Shown: positions 1 to 11,329, counted from the stretch's first letter. The stretch: DNA of 64,000 bases from TPA_inf: Saccharomyces (GCA_000146045.2 BK006938.2:896001-960000), one strand, 5' to 3'. The notes: a model not told the origin generated them from the letters alone. Made by a program: numbers and translations.

Positions 1-3000
1 TCCGGCTCACCAACCCGCGCATATGTCGGCGCTAACACGAATTCTAAGAACGCTTCATTTAATGACGCAGACTTATTGTCGTCGTCGTACTGGATAAAAG
101 CCTATAATGATCATTTGTTTTCAGTATCTGAAAGTGATGAAACTTCTCCAATGAACTCTGAATTAAACGACACTAAATTAATCGTCCCAGATTTTAAATC
201 GACTATACATCATTTGAAGGATTCAAGGTCCTCCTCTTGGACTGTTGCTATAGATAATAATAGCAATAACAATAAGGTATCAGACAACCAACCTGATTTC
301 GTCGATTTTCAAGAACTGCTGGATAATGATACTTTAGGTAATGATTTGTTAGAGACCACTGCCGTTTTAAAAGAATTTGAACTTTTACATGATGATAGCG
401 TAAGTGCTACCGCCACGTCAAATGAGATTGACCTTTCCCATTTGAACCTATCAAACTCTCCAATTTCTCCTCATAAGTTAATTTATAAGAATAAAGAGGG
501 GACCAATGACGATATGTTGATTTCTTTCGGACTCGATCATCCTTCCAATCGCGAAGATGATCTGGATAAGCTATGTAATATGACCAGAGATGTTCAAGCC
601 ATATTCAGTCAATATTTGAAAGGAGAAGAGTCTAAACGATCCCTGGAAGACTTTTTATCAACGTCAAACAGGAAAGAAAAGCCAGATAGCGGCAACTATA
701 CTTTTTATGGGTTAGATTGTTTAACGTTATCGAAAATATCAAGAGCTCTGCCGGCCTCCACTGTGAACAACAATCAGCCATCGCATTCCATAGAATCAAA
801 GCTATTTAATGAACCAATGAGAAATATGTGCATTAAAGTGCTTAGATACTATGAAAAGTTCAGTCATGATAGTAGTGAGAGTGTCATGGACTCTAATCCA
901 AACTTGCTGTCCAAAGAATTGTTAATGCCAGCTGTGAGTGAATTGAACGAATATTTAGATCTTTTCAAGAATAATTTCCTTCCCCATTTCCCTATTATTC
1001 ACCCAAGCTTGCTTGATTTGGATTTGGATAGCTTGCAACGATATACTAATGAGGATGGGTATGATGACGCTGAAAACGCGCAGTTGTTTGATCGATTAAG
1101 TCAAGGGACAGATAAAGAATATGATTACGAGCACTATCAAATCTTGTCCATTTCGAAAATCGTTTGTTTACCCTTATTTATGGCCACATTTGGTTCTTTG
1201 CATAAGTTCGGTTACAAATCTCAAACAATAGAATTGTATGAGATGAGTAGAAGAATTCTACATTCTTTTTTGGAGACTAAAAGAAGGTGTCGCAGTACAA
1301 CAGTAAATGACAGTTATCAGAACATTTGGTTGATGCAATCCCTAATATTGAGCTTCATGTTCGCTCTAGTTGCTGATTATTTGGAGAAAATTGACTCCTC
1401 TTTGATGAAAAGGCAATTGTCCGCATTATGTTCAACGATCAGATCAAACTGTTTACCGACAATTTCTGCAAATTCTGAGAAGAGTATCAATAATAACAAT
1501 GAACCTTTAACATTTGGTTCTCCTCTTCAATACATCATTTTTGAGTCAAAAATTAGATGCACCTTAATGGCTTATGATTTTTGTCAGTTCTTGAAATGTT
1601 TCTTCCATATTAAATTCGATTTGTCTATAAAGGAAAAAGATGTTGAAACCATTTATATTCCCGACAATGAGTCAAAATGGGCCAGTGAATCGATAATATG
1701 TAATGGGCATGTTGTGCAAAAGCAAAATTTTTATGATTTTAGAAACTTTTATTACAGTTTCACGTATGGACACTTACACTCAATACCAGAATTTTTAGGG
1801 TCATCTATGATTTATTATGAATACGATTTAAGAAAAGGAACCAAATCACATGTGTTTTTGGATCGAATCGATACGAAAAGGCTAGAGAGGAGTCTTGACA
1901 CTTCTTCCTATGGCAATGATAATATGGCAGCAACCAATAAAAATATTGCGATCTTAATTGATGACACCATAATTTTGAAAAATAATTTAATGTCAATGAG
2001 ATTCATCAAACAGATTGATCGCTCGTTTACTGAGAAGGTTAGAAAAGGACAAATAGCAAAGATATATGATTCCTTTTTGAACTCTGTGAGGTTGAATTTT
2101 TTGAAGAATTATTCAGTTGAAGTATTGTGTGAATTTTTAGTAGCGTTGAACTTTTCAATCCGTAATATTTCGTCTTTATACGTAGAAGAAGAAAGTGATT
2201 GCTCCCAAAGAATGAATTCTCCAGAGCTGCCAAGGATCCACCTGAATAATCAAGCGCTTTCTGTCTTCAATTTACAAGGCTATTACTATTGCTTCATCCT
2301 AATTATCAAATTTTTATTGGATTTTGAAGCAACTCCAAATTTTAAGTTACTGAGAATTTTTATTGAGTTGAGAAGCCTTGCGAATTCTATTTTACTTCCC
2401 ACACTTTCAAGATTGTATCCGCAAGAGTTTTCTGGATTTCCTGATGTTGTATTTACGCAACAATTTATAAATAAAGATAATGGTATGCTTGTCCCTGGTT
2501 TATCCGCAAATGAACACCATAATGGTGCAAGTGCAGCTGTTAAGACTAAGTTAGCCAAAAAGATCAATGTTGAAGGGCTTGCAATGTTTATTAATGAAAT
2601 CCTAGTTAACTCTTTTAACGATACCTCTTTTTTGAATATGGAGGATCCTATTCGAAATGAATTTTCCTTTGATAATGGGGACAGGGCAGTGACAGACTTG
2701 CCTCGTTCAGCACATTTCCTATCGGATACCGGCCTAGAAGGTATTAACTTCAGCGGCTTAAATGATTCGCATCAAACTGTTTCTACTTTGAATCTTTTAC
2801 GTTACGGGGAAAATCATTCATCAAAACATAAAAATGGTGGAAAGGGGCAAGGATTTGCCGAAAAGTACCAATTATCTCTGAAATATGTTACTATTGCCAA
2901 GTTATTTTTCACCAATGTTAAAGAAAACTACATTCATTGTCACATGTTAGATAAGATGGCAAGTGATTTCCACACTTTGGAAAATCATCTAAAGGGAAAC

Positions 3001-3006
3001 AGTTGA
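1..3006 (+). CDS. ADR1: ADR1 (YDR216W), C-terminal ~1001 codons; the 5' end with the zinc fingers lies upstream of the window
   Basis: The frame is open from position 1 with no stop until TGA at 3004-3006. The track ORF at 76 starts on TTG, which is an artefact. Position immediately upstream of a convergent RAD9, and the Ser/Asn-rich activator-like sequence, match ADR1. Identity is recalled, not searched. Confidence 0.75.
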   Translation, partial: SGSPTRAYVGANTNSKNASFNDADLLSSSYWIKAYNDHLFSVSESDETSPMNSELNDTKLIVPDFKSTIHHLKDSRSSSWTVAIDNNSNNNKVSDNQPDFVDFQELLDNDTLGNDLLETTAVLKEFELLHDDSVSATATSNEIDLSHLNLSNSPISPHKLIYKNKEGTNDDMLISFGLDHPSNREDDLDKLCNMTRDVQAIFSQYLKGEESKRSLEDFLSTSNRKEKPDSGNYTFYGLDCLTLSKISRALPASTVNNNQPSHSIESKLFNEPMRNMCIKVLRYYEKFSHDSSESVMDSNPNLLSKELLMPAVSELNEYLDLFKNNFLPHFPIIHPSLLDLDLDSLQRYTNEDGYDDAENAQLFDRLSQGTDKEYDYEHYQILSISKIVCLPLFMATFGSLHKFGYKSQTIELYEMSRRILHSFLETKRRCRSTTVNDSYQNIWLMQSLILSFMFALVADYLEKIDSSLMKRQLSALCSTIRSNCLPTISANSEKSINNNNEPLTFGSPLQYIIFESKIRCTLMAYDFCQFLKCFFHIKFDLSIKEKDVETIYIPDNESKWASESIICNGHVVQKQNFYDFRNFYYSFTYGHLHSIPEFLGSSMIYYEYDLRKGTKSHVFLDRIDTKRLERSLDTSSYGNDNMAATNKNIAILIDDTIILKNNLMSMRFIKQIDRSFTEKVRKGQIAKIYDSFLNSVRLNFLKNYSVEVLCEFLVALNFSIRNISSLYVEEESDCSQRMNSPELPRIHLNNQALSVFNLQGYYYCFILIIKFLLDFEATPNFKLLRIFIELRSLANSILLPTLSRLYPQEFSGFPDVVFTQQFINKDNGMLVPGLSANEHHNGASAAVKTKLAKKINVEGLAMFINEILVNSFNDTSFLNMEDPIRNEFSFDNGDRAVTDLPRSAHFLSDTGLEGINFSGLNDSHQTVSTLNLLRYGENHSSKHKNGGKGQGFAEKYQLSLKYVTIAKLFFTNVKENYIHCHMLDKMASDFHTLENHLKGNS

Positions 3007-3550
3007 CGATTATGTCTCGTTGCTGATATGTGTCGTCCCAGTACTCAACTCTTTCTGATGAGATTTTGAATATCTCATTTTATTTCTCATCAAACAGCCA
3101 TGCATGCGACTGAAGTGGACTACTGCGGGAGAACACCGATCTTATCTTTGAAATTGTTGCACAAAAATATTTCACTACCTTGGCGTTTCTCATCTCACCC
3201 ATTGGGGTGAATCTCGTTATTGCTCCTTATTTTGGTCCATTTTATATTAAATCCTGTATCATGTTTAACATTTTTCATCTTATACCTCATACAAAAAAGA
3301 AAAGCTATTTATGAAAGTTAGTTCATTACAAGATGCAAGCCTAAAATATATGCTTGATCTTAAAATTCATGTATAGAAGAAAAAGACCTTACCAACGTTG
3401 TTGGTTACCGTGTATAACTAATACCAATCTTGAACATTAACCACTCCTGGCGTGTGGGAGGATGTTCTTAGACTTAATTAAGAATCTCTAAATTTTTTTT
3501 TATTTAATCGTCCCTTTCTATCAATTATGAGTTTATATATTTTTATAATT

Positions 3551-6500
3551 TCATCTAACCTCAGAAATAGTGTTGTATATATCATTGTCCGTAATATCAT
3601 CGTGAAAACCAGTGTCCTCGTTAATTATTGTCTGAATTAGCCATTCTTTAGATTCAGTGTGAAATATGTAATTAAATTTCTTAAATTTCAGTGATATTTG
3701 ACTTCTCAATCTTTCGAGAAGCTTCATCTGAGATTTACCATTATTTTCGTTAGCATATATGAGAAACTTTAACTTTCGATTAGATAATTCTGATCCTATT
3801 CTGGGTACTAAAGAATCTAAGGCATTTAACAATGGCTCTGTATCATCTACATCAATATTGGGTAAATCAATTGTAAGCATTCTACCTGCGCTCAAACATG
3901 CAAAAGCAAATTTGACAAAACTGTCCAACTCAGATCTACCCCAAACAATAACAATGTAGTCATTTAACATTTTCTTCACTCCACATATCTGATCTCTTAA
4001 ATTAGATCCGCGTAAGAATTGTGTATAAAATGAAAAAATATTGTTGGATTTAATGATTCCTCCCTTTGATGGAGAATCTAACGATAACCGAAAACTTTCA
4101 CCCGAAGGTAATAGGTATTGGTATATTAAATGTGGTACTATTCTTTTCTTTTCAATGCATGCACTTATGAATTTCCAGTGTAGTGTAGGCCACCCCAACG
4201 CCAAAGTTTCTAAGTACTTTAAGCTTCTTAAATGCCGTTTTGTGATTAGGCAAGCAAATCTGCAGTCTGCAAATAGGGAATGAGGTTTCCAGGCTAGCTT
4301 CAAGGCCAATTCTCGAATATTATCTGTATTACCTTTATTGACTAAAGATTTAGCTAGCGGATGAGTGAAGTTAAATAAAGTGGAAAATCCTGACTCAATT
4401 ACAGTGCCGCCTTGCGATTCAATGGTCTGTCGAAGTTCCTCTCTATTTTCGAATAGGCTTGTCAAAACAAAAATACATTTATCAAATACATTCCCTGTTC
4501 TGATTTCACCAGAAGAAAAAAGCAGGCTTGGCGCTCCTGCATGTTCAGCTAATGCGTCTCTAGAATCCTTTTTAACAATTTCCTTCTTTTCGGAGCTCGA
4601 TTCTATTTCGTTATTGTACACTTCAGTATGCGTATTTATGTCCTTTTCGTCATCAGTATGTTTCTTCGGAGACAGAACATTGGTCATTGATTTCCTTCCC
4701 CTAATGGGATGTCTCAAGTACCTATACGCGTCGCCTTTATTTTTCTCATTATCTTCTAATATGATCTTCGCTCTTTTAGCCCACTCGCTTAGGTCAAGAC
4801 TGATCGAGCTTAGTGCTTTAATTAACGTCCTTTTCCCCAACAATCCGCTTGCATTTTTTTTTTTCAAATGAACCGTATCATATCCTCGAATACATCTTAT
4901 TATGTTGAGATCATGGCTACGACATTCTAGACCAACGACTACGTACTCATTTCCATCAAAGGTAACAGCATCCCCTATTCTAATATCTAAGTAGTAGATG
5001 TCCTCATCTTTGGTTAGCGATCTTCCTGTTTCGAAATAAATCCAACAGCCATCTTGATTAGTGTCAACTTCCAATAAAATACCCGGATAAAATTTGTAAT
5101 TCCACGTATACTGACACCATACCGCATTTCCAAAAATTATGTCGTCTTTCGATAAGAAACTATTATCTGCCGTTCTAATACCTTCAGGAAACACGTAAGA
5201 CTGTTCTTTAGAGTCTTTGCCCGAACCTGTCTCCCCTGTTTGTATGGTAATGCTGCAAGACGGTTCCCTTTTGATAGAAGCAGCATCCAAATCTGAATTT
5301 CTTTTGAGGTGTTTTGTCGGTGATGTCTTAGTGCTTCTGTTCTCCTCCTCTTCACCGATCTCTATTGTATCTTTTTGACGTCGCTTTATTGTTCTTCGGT
5401 TCTGAATAATCTCCTGTGACTCACTTGGAAATAATTGCATGAGGTTTTTCTGAAGTTCTGAGCTCTGTCCTTTGCTTTCGTGTTCAATCAAAGCTACATC
5501 CAAAGACTCTGTGCCATCTTGTTTATCTGAATTGCATTCTTTATTATCATCATGAAGCTGAAGTGAGTTCCCCTTGCTTTTTTTTATCTCCATTAAAGTT
5601 TCTTCCTCGACTACCAGCTTTTTTGGAGACGTTTGAAGATCTTGCTGCTCTTCAACTTCAGGCAGTTCTTGGGTTAGTTCAACCTCGCTCATGATTGTAC
5701 TTTCCTTTTTCGTATCAAGCTCATTTGGGGACATACGTTCTGTTTCATCACTTCCTGAATCAGATATTTGCTTTCCTGAAAGTTGTAAGTATATTCTATC
5801 GGTTATTTCCTTTTGTTCGTTGAAATCAGATGAACCGGCTATGATAATGTCATCTCTGGTAGCTGCATTTGAAGAATTTTGTATATCGTTTGAAAAAACA
5901 TTGTTTGTCTCTACTTCTCTCTCGTGTATATTAAATGTATCTTTTTCCTTCGGAATAGGTGAAGAATTCGAGGGTTTTGACATCGTATTCTTAGATGGTG
6001 AACTAGTCTCAGGAACTTCCAATATGGGTTCAAAATTAATCCGAGAAAGAGTAACGGGAGTTTCAAAGGTTGCATTCAAAGCATTTTGTTCAGGAGAATT
6101 TATTATTTGGGTTTTTATTTCTTCTGTCTGGCCAGTAGAATGAAAAACAGGTCCCTTCTGAGCAGATATGCCTTGGGAAAGCGATGAAACAATTATCTGT
6201 GTCTCTAATTCATTATTTGTTTCGGTATTGAAACTTTTAGATAAGGGTTGCGTATCGATTGAAATACTATCTAAAGGCATTTCCTGTGTTCTTGGATTAT
6301 TGACTATTTGCGTAGATCTATTGCTATTATTTTCCGTTTTGTCTTTTGAGTATCGGAATATCCACTTCTTGGATGGTTCCCGATTGTTTACACTCTCACT
6401 GGAATACATTTCTTCTTCCGCATTGTTGCGTGAAGGGGTGCCAGACACAGCACTATTAATATCGATATCTAAATTGTTCACGTCATTCTCTCTACCCGAA

Positions 6501-7480
6501 ACATTCAGATTCTTTTCCAATTCGTTAATCTCCTCTGATTCATTACTTTGTATTATTTGATTGTTCCGTTCTCTGAGATCATCTGATGAATAGTTCTCAC
6601 TTTTCTTTTTTACTGGATTTTTTTCCTCGATAGCTCCTATGTTATCTTCGTTATTGTTAAAAACCTTGTTTACATTTCTTGTGGTCCGGCCATTCCCGGT
6701 AATTTTGTTCTTGTCATAAGAGCTTATCGAATTAGGTGATTCTGCTGATATCATGATTTGAGTTTTTTGAACTCGTTCATCTTGCATTCCTCCACTTTTA
6801 CTTAATTCGTCTTTATATCTTTTAGGTGTAACAATTCCTTCCAATGCACAGTCATAATTATCAGCAGAACGTTCAGCCATCTGTACAAAAGTGGCATCCG
6901 CCTCTGTAACTTCTAATGACGCATTTTCTTCTCCATCATTCTGCTCTCCATAATAGCAAAACCCAGTATCTGACTTCAACTTTTTGAAGGTTTTCTGTTC
7001 CAATGGATCAGTTGGAGTTTGAAAAGTCATTTTTTTTCTTAACATCAGAGGAGTGTCTTCCAGATCGGAGCTTTGATATTTGGTCAAAAGATTTTCTTTA
7101 CCAGGGGTTCGATTGCTTTTGAAAAAGTTAGCAATTCGGTCAAGGTCAGGAGTCCTTTCATTATGCAATATGTTAGCATTTGGTCGATCATTATCTCCTA
7201 CTTCAATATTTAACTCATCATCATGTCTTGGACTCTCGTCAAGTAATCCCAGAGATTTTTGAAATATCTCACTTGTATTCATAAACTTGACAGGATTTGG
7301 ATTTGCTTTGGGACTTCCTTCGATTATGTTTGTGCTATTTACCTTGTTTTCCAACGGATCAACGGGAACATTCATTTCGTTCATGTCGCCATCAGCCAAG
7401 GGAGAATGCAGTGCTTCCTTTATAGCGCTTTGGGTGACTCGATCTGGAGAGCTTTTCCATTGAACTAACTGGCCTGACAT
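3551..7480 (-). CDS. RAD9: RAD9 DNA-damage checkpoint adaptor, 1309 aa. The track ORF extends to 7579 via an upstream non-ATG or in-frame extension.
   Basis: The internal Met gives MSGQLVQWKSSPDRV..., the known RAD9 N-terminus, and a 1309-aa product. The C-terminal tandem BRCT-like region and Tudor-like region are present. The cat (ATG) was checked at 7478-7480. Confidence 0.9.
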   Translation of the reverse strand: MSGQLVQWKSSPDRVTQSAIKEALHSPLADGDMNEMNVPVDPLENKVNSTNIIEGSPKANPNPVKFMNTSEIFQKSLGLLDESPRHDDELNIEVGDNDRPNANILHNERTPDLDRIANFFKSNRTPGKENLLTKYQSSDLEDTPLMLRKKMTFQTPTDPLEQKTFKKLKSDTGFCYYGEQNDGEENASLEVTEADATFVQMAERSADNYDCALEGIVTPKRYKDELSKSGGMQDERVQKTQIMISAESPNSISSYDKNKITGNGRTTRNVNKVFNNNEDNIGAIEEKNPVKKKSENYSSDDLRERNNQIIQSNESEEINELEKNLNVSGRENDVNNLDIDINSAVSGTPSRNNAEEEMYSSESVNNREPSKKWIFRYSKDKTENNSNRSTQIVNNPRTQEMPLDSISIDTQPLSKSFNTETNNELETQIIVSSLSQGISAQKGPVFHSTGQTEEIKTQIINSPEQNALNATFETPVTLSRINFEPILEVPETSSPSKNTMSKPSNSSPIPKEKDTFNIHEREVETNNVFSNDIQNSSNAATRDDIIIAGSSDFNEQKEITDRIYLQLSGKQISDSGSDETERMSPNELDTKKESTIMSEVELTQELPEVEEQQDLQTSPKKLVVEEETLMEIKKSKGNSLQLHDDNKECNSDKQDGTESLDVALIEHESKGQSSELQKNLMQLFPSESQEIIQNRRTIKRRQKDTIEIGEEEENRSTKTSPTKHLKRNSDLDAASIKREPSCSITIQTGETGSGKDSKEQSYVFPEGIRTADNSFLSKDDIIFGNAVWCQYTWNYKFYPGILLEVDTNQDGCWIYFETGRSLTKDEDIYYLDIRIGDAVTFDGNEYVVVGLECRSHDLNIIRCIRGYDTVHLKKKNASGLLGKRTLIKALSSISLDLSEWAKRAKIILEDNEKNKGDAYRYLRHPIRGRKSMTNVLSPKKHTDDEKDINTHTEVYNNEIESSSEKKEIVKKDSRDALAEHAGAPSLLFSSGEIRTGNVFDKCIFVLTSLFENREELRQTIESQGGTVIESGFSTLFNFTHPLAKSLVNKGNTDNIRELALKLAWKPHSLFADCRFACLITKRHLRSLKYLETLALGWPTLHWKFISACIEKKRIVPHLIYQYLLPSGESFRLSLDSPSKGGIIKSNNIFSFYTQFLRGSNLRDQICGVKKMLNDYIVIVWGRSELDSFVKFAFACLSAGRMLTIDLPNIDVDDTEPLLNALDSLVPRIGSELSNRKLKFLIYANENNGKSQMKLLERLRSQISLKFKKFNYIFHTESKEWLIQTIINEDTGFHDDITDNDIYNTISEVR

Positions 7481-7780
7481 AGCCCTGATGTTGAAGATTT
7501 TCTCACTATGCTCTTTTCTATGGCGTTTCTCTATCTTGCTCACTTCACATTGCTCATCGTTGCAAATATCCACGAACAAAAATCCTCGCGTGTTTAATCA
7601 GAACTGCACTCTGAAAATTCAAAGCCGTGCCAGTAATAAGAAAGACACAAGGTTATATAGAGACACATCGAGAAAGTATATTATAGATTAAAAAAATTTT
7701 GCCTTATACTTTAGTGCACTTGAAAAAGCAATAAAATTTTATTTCATATGTATCTAACGCTAACAAGGCCGTATATTTAT

Positions 7781-9052
7781 TTAGACCTTATTTTGATGGG
7801 GAGCTGCCAACATTTTCTCCAATAAATCAATCTTCCTTTGATAGTCTTCAATAATTCTGTTTTTTTCGTCTATTTCTTTGTGTATTTGATAAGCATTTTC
7901 ATCGTTTGTATCTGGATTCCCAAGTGTTCTACTTGCACTATTTCTTCTGGTGGAAACATTGCTGACACTTCCCCTTGAGGTTTCGTCGATATAGCTATAG
8001 TTTGGAATATCATAGTTGTTTTTCTTCTCAGTTAACACTTTAGCCCTATAATTTTCATACAATACGTTGTTTGTTACATCTTTTAATTCCTGAAGGTGAG
8101 AACCTAACAGTATTGCTTTTAAGTATATAAAATCGGAGGTGTTTTGGTCTTCGACCACCAAGCTACCCCATTCGTACGTTCTGATATGCTCAACCCTATT
8201 TTCCGAATTTTTATTAAAAGTTTTGCTGCAAACAATGGCAAATGGCGATATTTCCTTGATCTTCGTGTCATTATCGTATTTGGATTTTGCTGAACTGGAA
8301 TCGATGTCCATATCGTACAGAGCTAATGTTTCGCCTAGGGTGTCACTTTTAAAATCAAAAACACGTATATTGTTCTGAGAGATTTCTTGGCGCACAATGT
8401 CTTTGTGTAAATTTAATTCAGTTTCTGTGAGACCATCGGCTTTTGGAATAATGGGAATTAAATTAACTTTATCACAAATCGTTTTCATTAACTCAATATC
8501 AAATTTTTTGACTCCTCTTGGAGTACTCTTCAGAAAGTATAAACAAACATGAGGCCTCCCATCAGTTTCTTTTGTGTTTCTCTTTATTCTGACCTCTTCT
8601 TTTAAAACATTTGCAAACTGTTGGTCTAAGTAGTTTTTTATAACAACAGAGCTTTGTGAATTGTCGACATTGTCACCGCAGCCTGGAAACAATATGATAT
8701 CTAATGTTATGGGTACGCCTAGTTCATCGTTCAAATACACTCTTCTGGTGACAAGCTTCAGCCCAGGACTCAAATGGGCTGTTTTATATCCAGGATCTAT
8801 ATCTTCGATGGCGTTTCCATTTTCTGGTGTTACATTATTTGTCACTTTATCATCATCATCATCATAATCCCCATCAGAAAGCGATATATCCTGACCGCAC
8901 AGATTGTTTAAAAACGTTGATTTGCCGCTGCCTTTTTCTCCAAGTAACAAAATTGACAACTGCAGTCCTTTCTTGTAACCCTTGCGACGTCTTAACTCAT
9001 CTCTGCTGAGAGTATGTTGTTCAAGAGCTGAGTGATCTTTCATTGGGAACAT
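7781..9052 (-). CDS. SPR28: SPR28, sporulation-specific septin, 423 aa
   Basis: Septin GTPase P-loop GEKGSGKST plus G3/G4 motifs. The ATG at 9050-9052 gives MFPMKDHS..., and the upstream extension in the track uses TTG. Gene order is RAD9-SPR28-MFB1. Confidence 0.88.
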   Translation of the reverse strand: MFPMKDHSALEQHTLSRDELRRRKGYKKGLQLSILLLGEKGSGKSTFLNNLCGQDISLSDGDYDDDDDKVTNNVTPENGNAIEDIDPGYKTAHLSPGLKLVTRRVYLNDELGVPITLDIILFPGCGDNVDNSQSSVVIKNYLDQQFANVLKEEVRIKRNTKETDGRPHVCLYFLKSTPRGVKKFDIELMKTICDKVNLIPIIPKADGLTETELNLHKDIVRQEISQNNIRVFDFKSDTLGETLALYDMDIDSSSAKSKYDNDTKIKEISPFAIVCSKTFNKNSENRVEHIRTYEWGSLVVEDQNTSDFIYLKAILLGSHLQELKDVTNNVLYENYRAKVLTEKKNNYDIPNYSYIDETSRGSVSNVSTRRNSASRTLGNPDTNDENAYQIHKEIDEKNRIIEDYQRKIDLLEKMLAAPHQNKV

Positions 9053-9141
9053 TTGATTATTTACTGACTTTATGTACGTATAGTAGCTCTTTTTTTGTAT
9101 CGATTTATAAAAATGCCTGTTCTTACTATTCTTATGGGAAT

Positions 9142-9150
9142 GACACAAAA
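9142..9150. promoter_or_regulatory. Middle sporulation element (MSE, gNCRCAAAW; Ndt80/Sum1 site) about 90 bp upstream of the SPR28 ATG
   Basis: The sequence gacacaaaa matches the MSE consensus. SPR28 is a known middle-sporulation gene. Confidence 0.45.
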
Positions 9151-9454
9151 TGTAGACGCATGTCTTTTTCAGGCGTCCTTAATATGAGCGATCAAATTTC
9201 GCATCAAAAAAACTTTATTGAAGTTAGAATATATGAAAAAAAGCCACGAAATTTCTAAAGGCAACCACAAATTGTCTTATTATTGATAGAATATAAAAAA
9301 TAAGTCATTTATTTATATGTACATCTGTGCAAATGGTAGCGGCGCTCTTTAACTGTTTCTACATACCATGCATGCTTGTCTAAAACCATTTCGAAGTTCC
9401 GTTGCTAATTCAGAGAAAACTCTTCCAAGCAAAGTCGGTTTGAGGCGTTTTCTG

Positions 9455-10852
9455 TTATATATTAAAATCGGTATTAGCGTCAAGCCGTTTGATTACATGA
9501 TCATTCGTATTCGACCCACTAGGGTTATCCAATTCGATTTTGCGATAGCATATCTTATTACCGTCTGTAACAACCGCCTTTAATTTGCTTCTTTGATGAG
9601 GTTTGGATAATTCTATTACTGGGGAAGTGTGACTTCTTTGAAATTTATTTTCATCATTTTTCTCTGTTATTCCTTTACAGTTCGAGCTATTTTCTTTTAT
9701 AATTAATTGTTCATAATTTGCTATCTTTGTACTGTTGACTCTTTTAATTGCTAGAGGATTAGTTGTTTCACCGTTAAAATCGGGATAATGCCTTTCAATC
9801 TCCTCTAAATAACCTCTTGAGACGCTCCTTCTGCCAACTTTCGGTAGTATGTCAGAAGGGGGACTTATGATTTTCCTAAAATCTTCGTCATTAGCACTTA
9901 ACGAACTGGATAATTTCAATCTTGGATTGTCCTTTTTCTTTGTTTTTAATGGTCTGCTATCTCTAAAAATTAACTTCTCAAAAAGTTCGGCTTTATCCTT
10001 GACTTTATTAGATTTTCTCAATCTTGTGATTGAGTCAGACGATTCAGTAGATGTAGGCGTCATCTCTTTATAATCAGGATCTCGTGACTTAGTGAAATCC
10101 ATTGTAATATTATTCCAATCATCGTCCAGTAGTTTGGGCGATGAACTTGAAAATACAGAATTTGTTGAACTTCTAGAATAATTAGAAAATGTCGGAGAAG
10201 GGATAAAAGGTGGCTTTTTGACTAAGTCTTCTTCAAATGTTGTATTTTTTTCCAATCCGTGGAGAGAATGTATTTCTCCATTATTCTCCTCTATGTATGT
10301 ATCATCAGAATCCGCTGAATGGGTCCTAAATGCTTTATCATTGAGTTCGATGAATTGATTCATTCCTTGTAGTATTGCAGTATGAGCGATTTGCTCCCTT
10401 GTTATTTCTGTAGGTTCGTTCAAATCCATATTTAAATCTTTCACAGAGCCCTTTTCTTTGCTCTCAACTTCATTTGTTCTATAACTTATTGTCTTTCTAG
10501 CCGGATCAATAACGCCTAGTTTATATTTCCGCTGAACATTTCTTAATGATGCGACCAGGGATATGTTGTGACTATTTAAGGTTTTCATTGCCTTTCTATT
10601 AAAATTCAAAACATCAAAGACATCAACAAGAACATTTTTTGTCCACCACATATTCCCGTTTGAGCCGATAACAGCATTTCTGTAAACAATGTTCTCATTC
10701 GCCAGCATCCTTAGCAAGGTGCAAGTTTTCCCTATGTTTTGTAAATCATTCATATCCAGGTGAGACAATATTCGGAACAATAGGTTTAATGGTAAGTTTG
10801 TCAGGGACCTTTCCTCCAGCGGCATCTGTACACTACAAGAAAATAATGTCAT
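9455..10852 (-). CDS. MFB1: MFB1 mitochondria-associated F-box protein, 465 aa
   Basis: N-terminal F-box (LPLNLLFRILSHLDMNDLQNIGKTC). ATG checked at 10850-10852. Length matches. Confidence 0.85.
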   Translation of the reverse strand: MTLFSCSVQMPLEERSLTNLPLNLLFRILSHLDMNDLQNIGKTCTLLRMLANENIVYRNAVIGSNGNMWWTKNVLVDVFDVLNFNRKAMKTLNSHNISLVASLRNVQRKYKLGVIDPARKTISYRTNEVESKEKGSVKDLNMDLNEPTEITREQIAHTAILQGMNQFIELNDKAFRTHSADSDDTYIEENNGEIHSLHGLEKNTTFEEDLVKKPPFIPSPTFSNYSRSSTNSVFSSSSPKLLDDDWNNITMDFTKSRDPDYKEMTPTSTESSDSITRLRKSNKVKDKAELFEKLIFRDSRPLKTKKKDNPRLKLSSSLSANDEDFRKIISPPSDILPKVGRRSVSRGYLEEIERHYPDFNGETTNPLAIKRVNSTKIANYEQLIIKENSSNCKGITEKNDENKFQRSHTSPVIELSKPHQRSKLKAVVTDGNKICYRKIELDNPSGSNTNDHVIKRLDANTDFNI

Positions 10853-10999
10853 CTATGTGGTTGAAGGAACTATAACTAATTCTGGAACAAAAGTGAACTT
10901 TCCTTGTGCAGTTTGGCCAATTTGTTTTGATATTTTGTATGAGGATATTTAGCAAGTAGTAACAGAGACTCCTTGGTTATTTGAAAACTTTCCCTTTGT

Positions 11000-11293
11000 T
11001 TAAACTATAGCAAAGTATAACTTTCCTTTTCCTATTTTGTGAAAAAGTAAGTAAATATTGTTATCTCCTCCCAACTGGTTAAATACTGGGTAGGTGCACA
11101 AGCGTTTATAGTTTCTAAGAAGACAGCACCAGGAATAATGATAAACAGTTGTTTGGGTCAAAACAAAACGGGTATTGCCAATGCCTTTTAAAATACTTAC
11201 CCGGCCATAAAATGAATAATAATAGTGTATGAAGACTGTGTTGGAAGATGTTATGGTAGAAGCAGAGGCTTCCGCACTGCATTTAAGAAGCAT
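11000..11293 (-). CDS. Dubious ORF (probably YDR220C) overlapping the GTB1 5' region; unlikely to encode a protein
   Basis: A 97-aa ORF lying opposite the GTB1 start with low-complexity content. The name is recalled with low certainty. Confidence 0.15.
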
Positions 11294-11329
11294 AAAGGCA
11301 CTTCTGCTATTTCATTAAGAAGATTCGCT

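Noticed and set aside
3007-3550. The ADR1-RAD9 convergent spacer with a T11 run at 3486-3500, considered as a possible ARS or ncRNA
   Set aside because: No 11/11 ACS match was found by eye. The composition is typical of paired 3'UTRs and terminators.
4365-4871. A 168-aa plus-strand ORF, and several other 60-150-aa ORFs, antisense to RAD9
   Set aside because: They lie entirely inside a long, well-supported coding region on the opposite strand. They have low-complexity Ser/Leu/Phe-rich translations typical of antisense frames of AT-rich yeast genes, and no independent promoter or homology support.
7481-7579. In-frame N-terminal extensions suggested by the ORF track for RAD9, SPR28, GTB1, YDR222W, SIR4, LYS4, FMN1, MRPL7, SEC26, MNN10, YDR239C, YDR248C and YDR249C
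   Set aside because: I checked the codons at the proposed starts directly. They are TTG or GTG (e.g. 76-78 ttg, 35114-35116 ttg, 9146-9148 reverse-complement ttg, 47421-47423 reverse-complement gtg). The first in-frame ATG reproduces the known protein lengths in every case.
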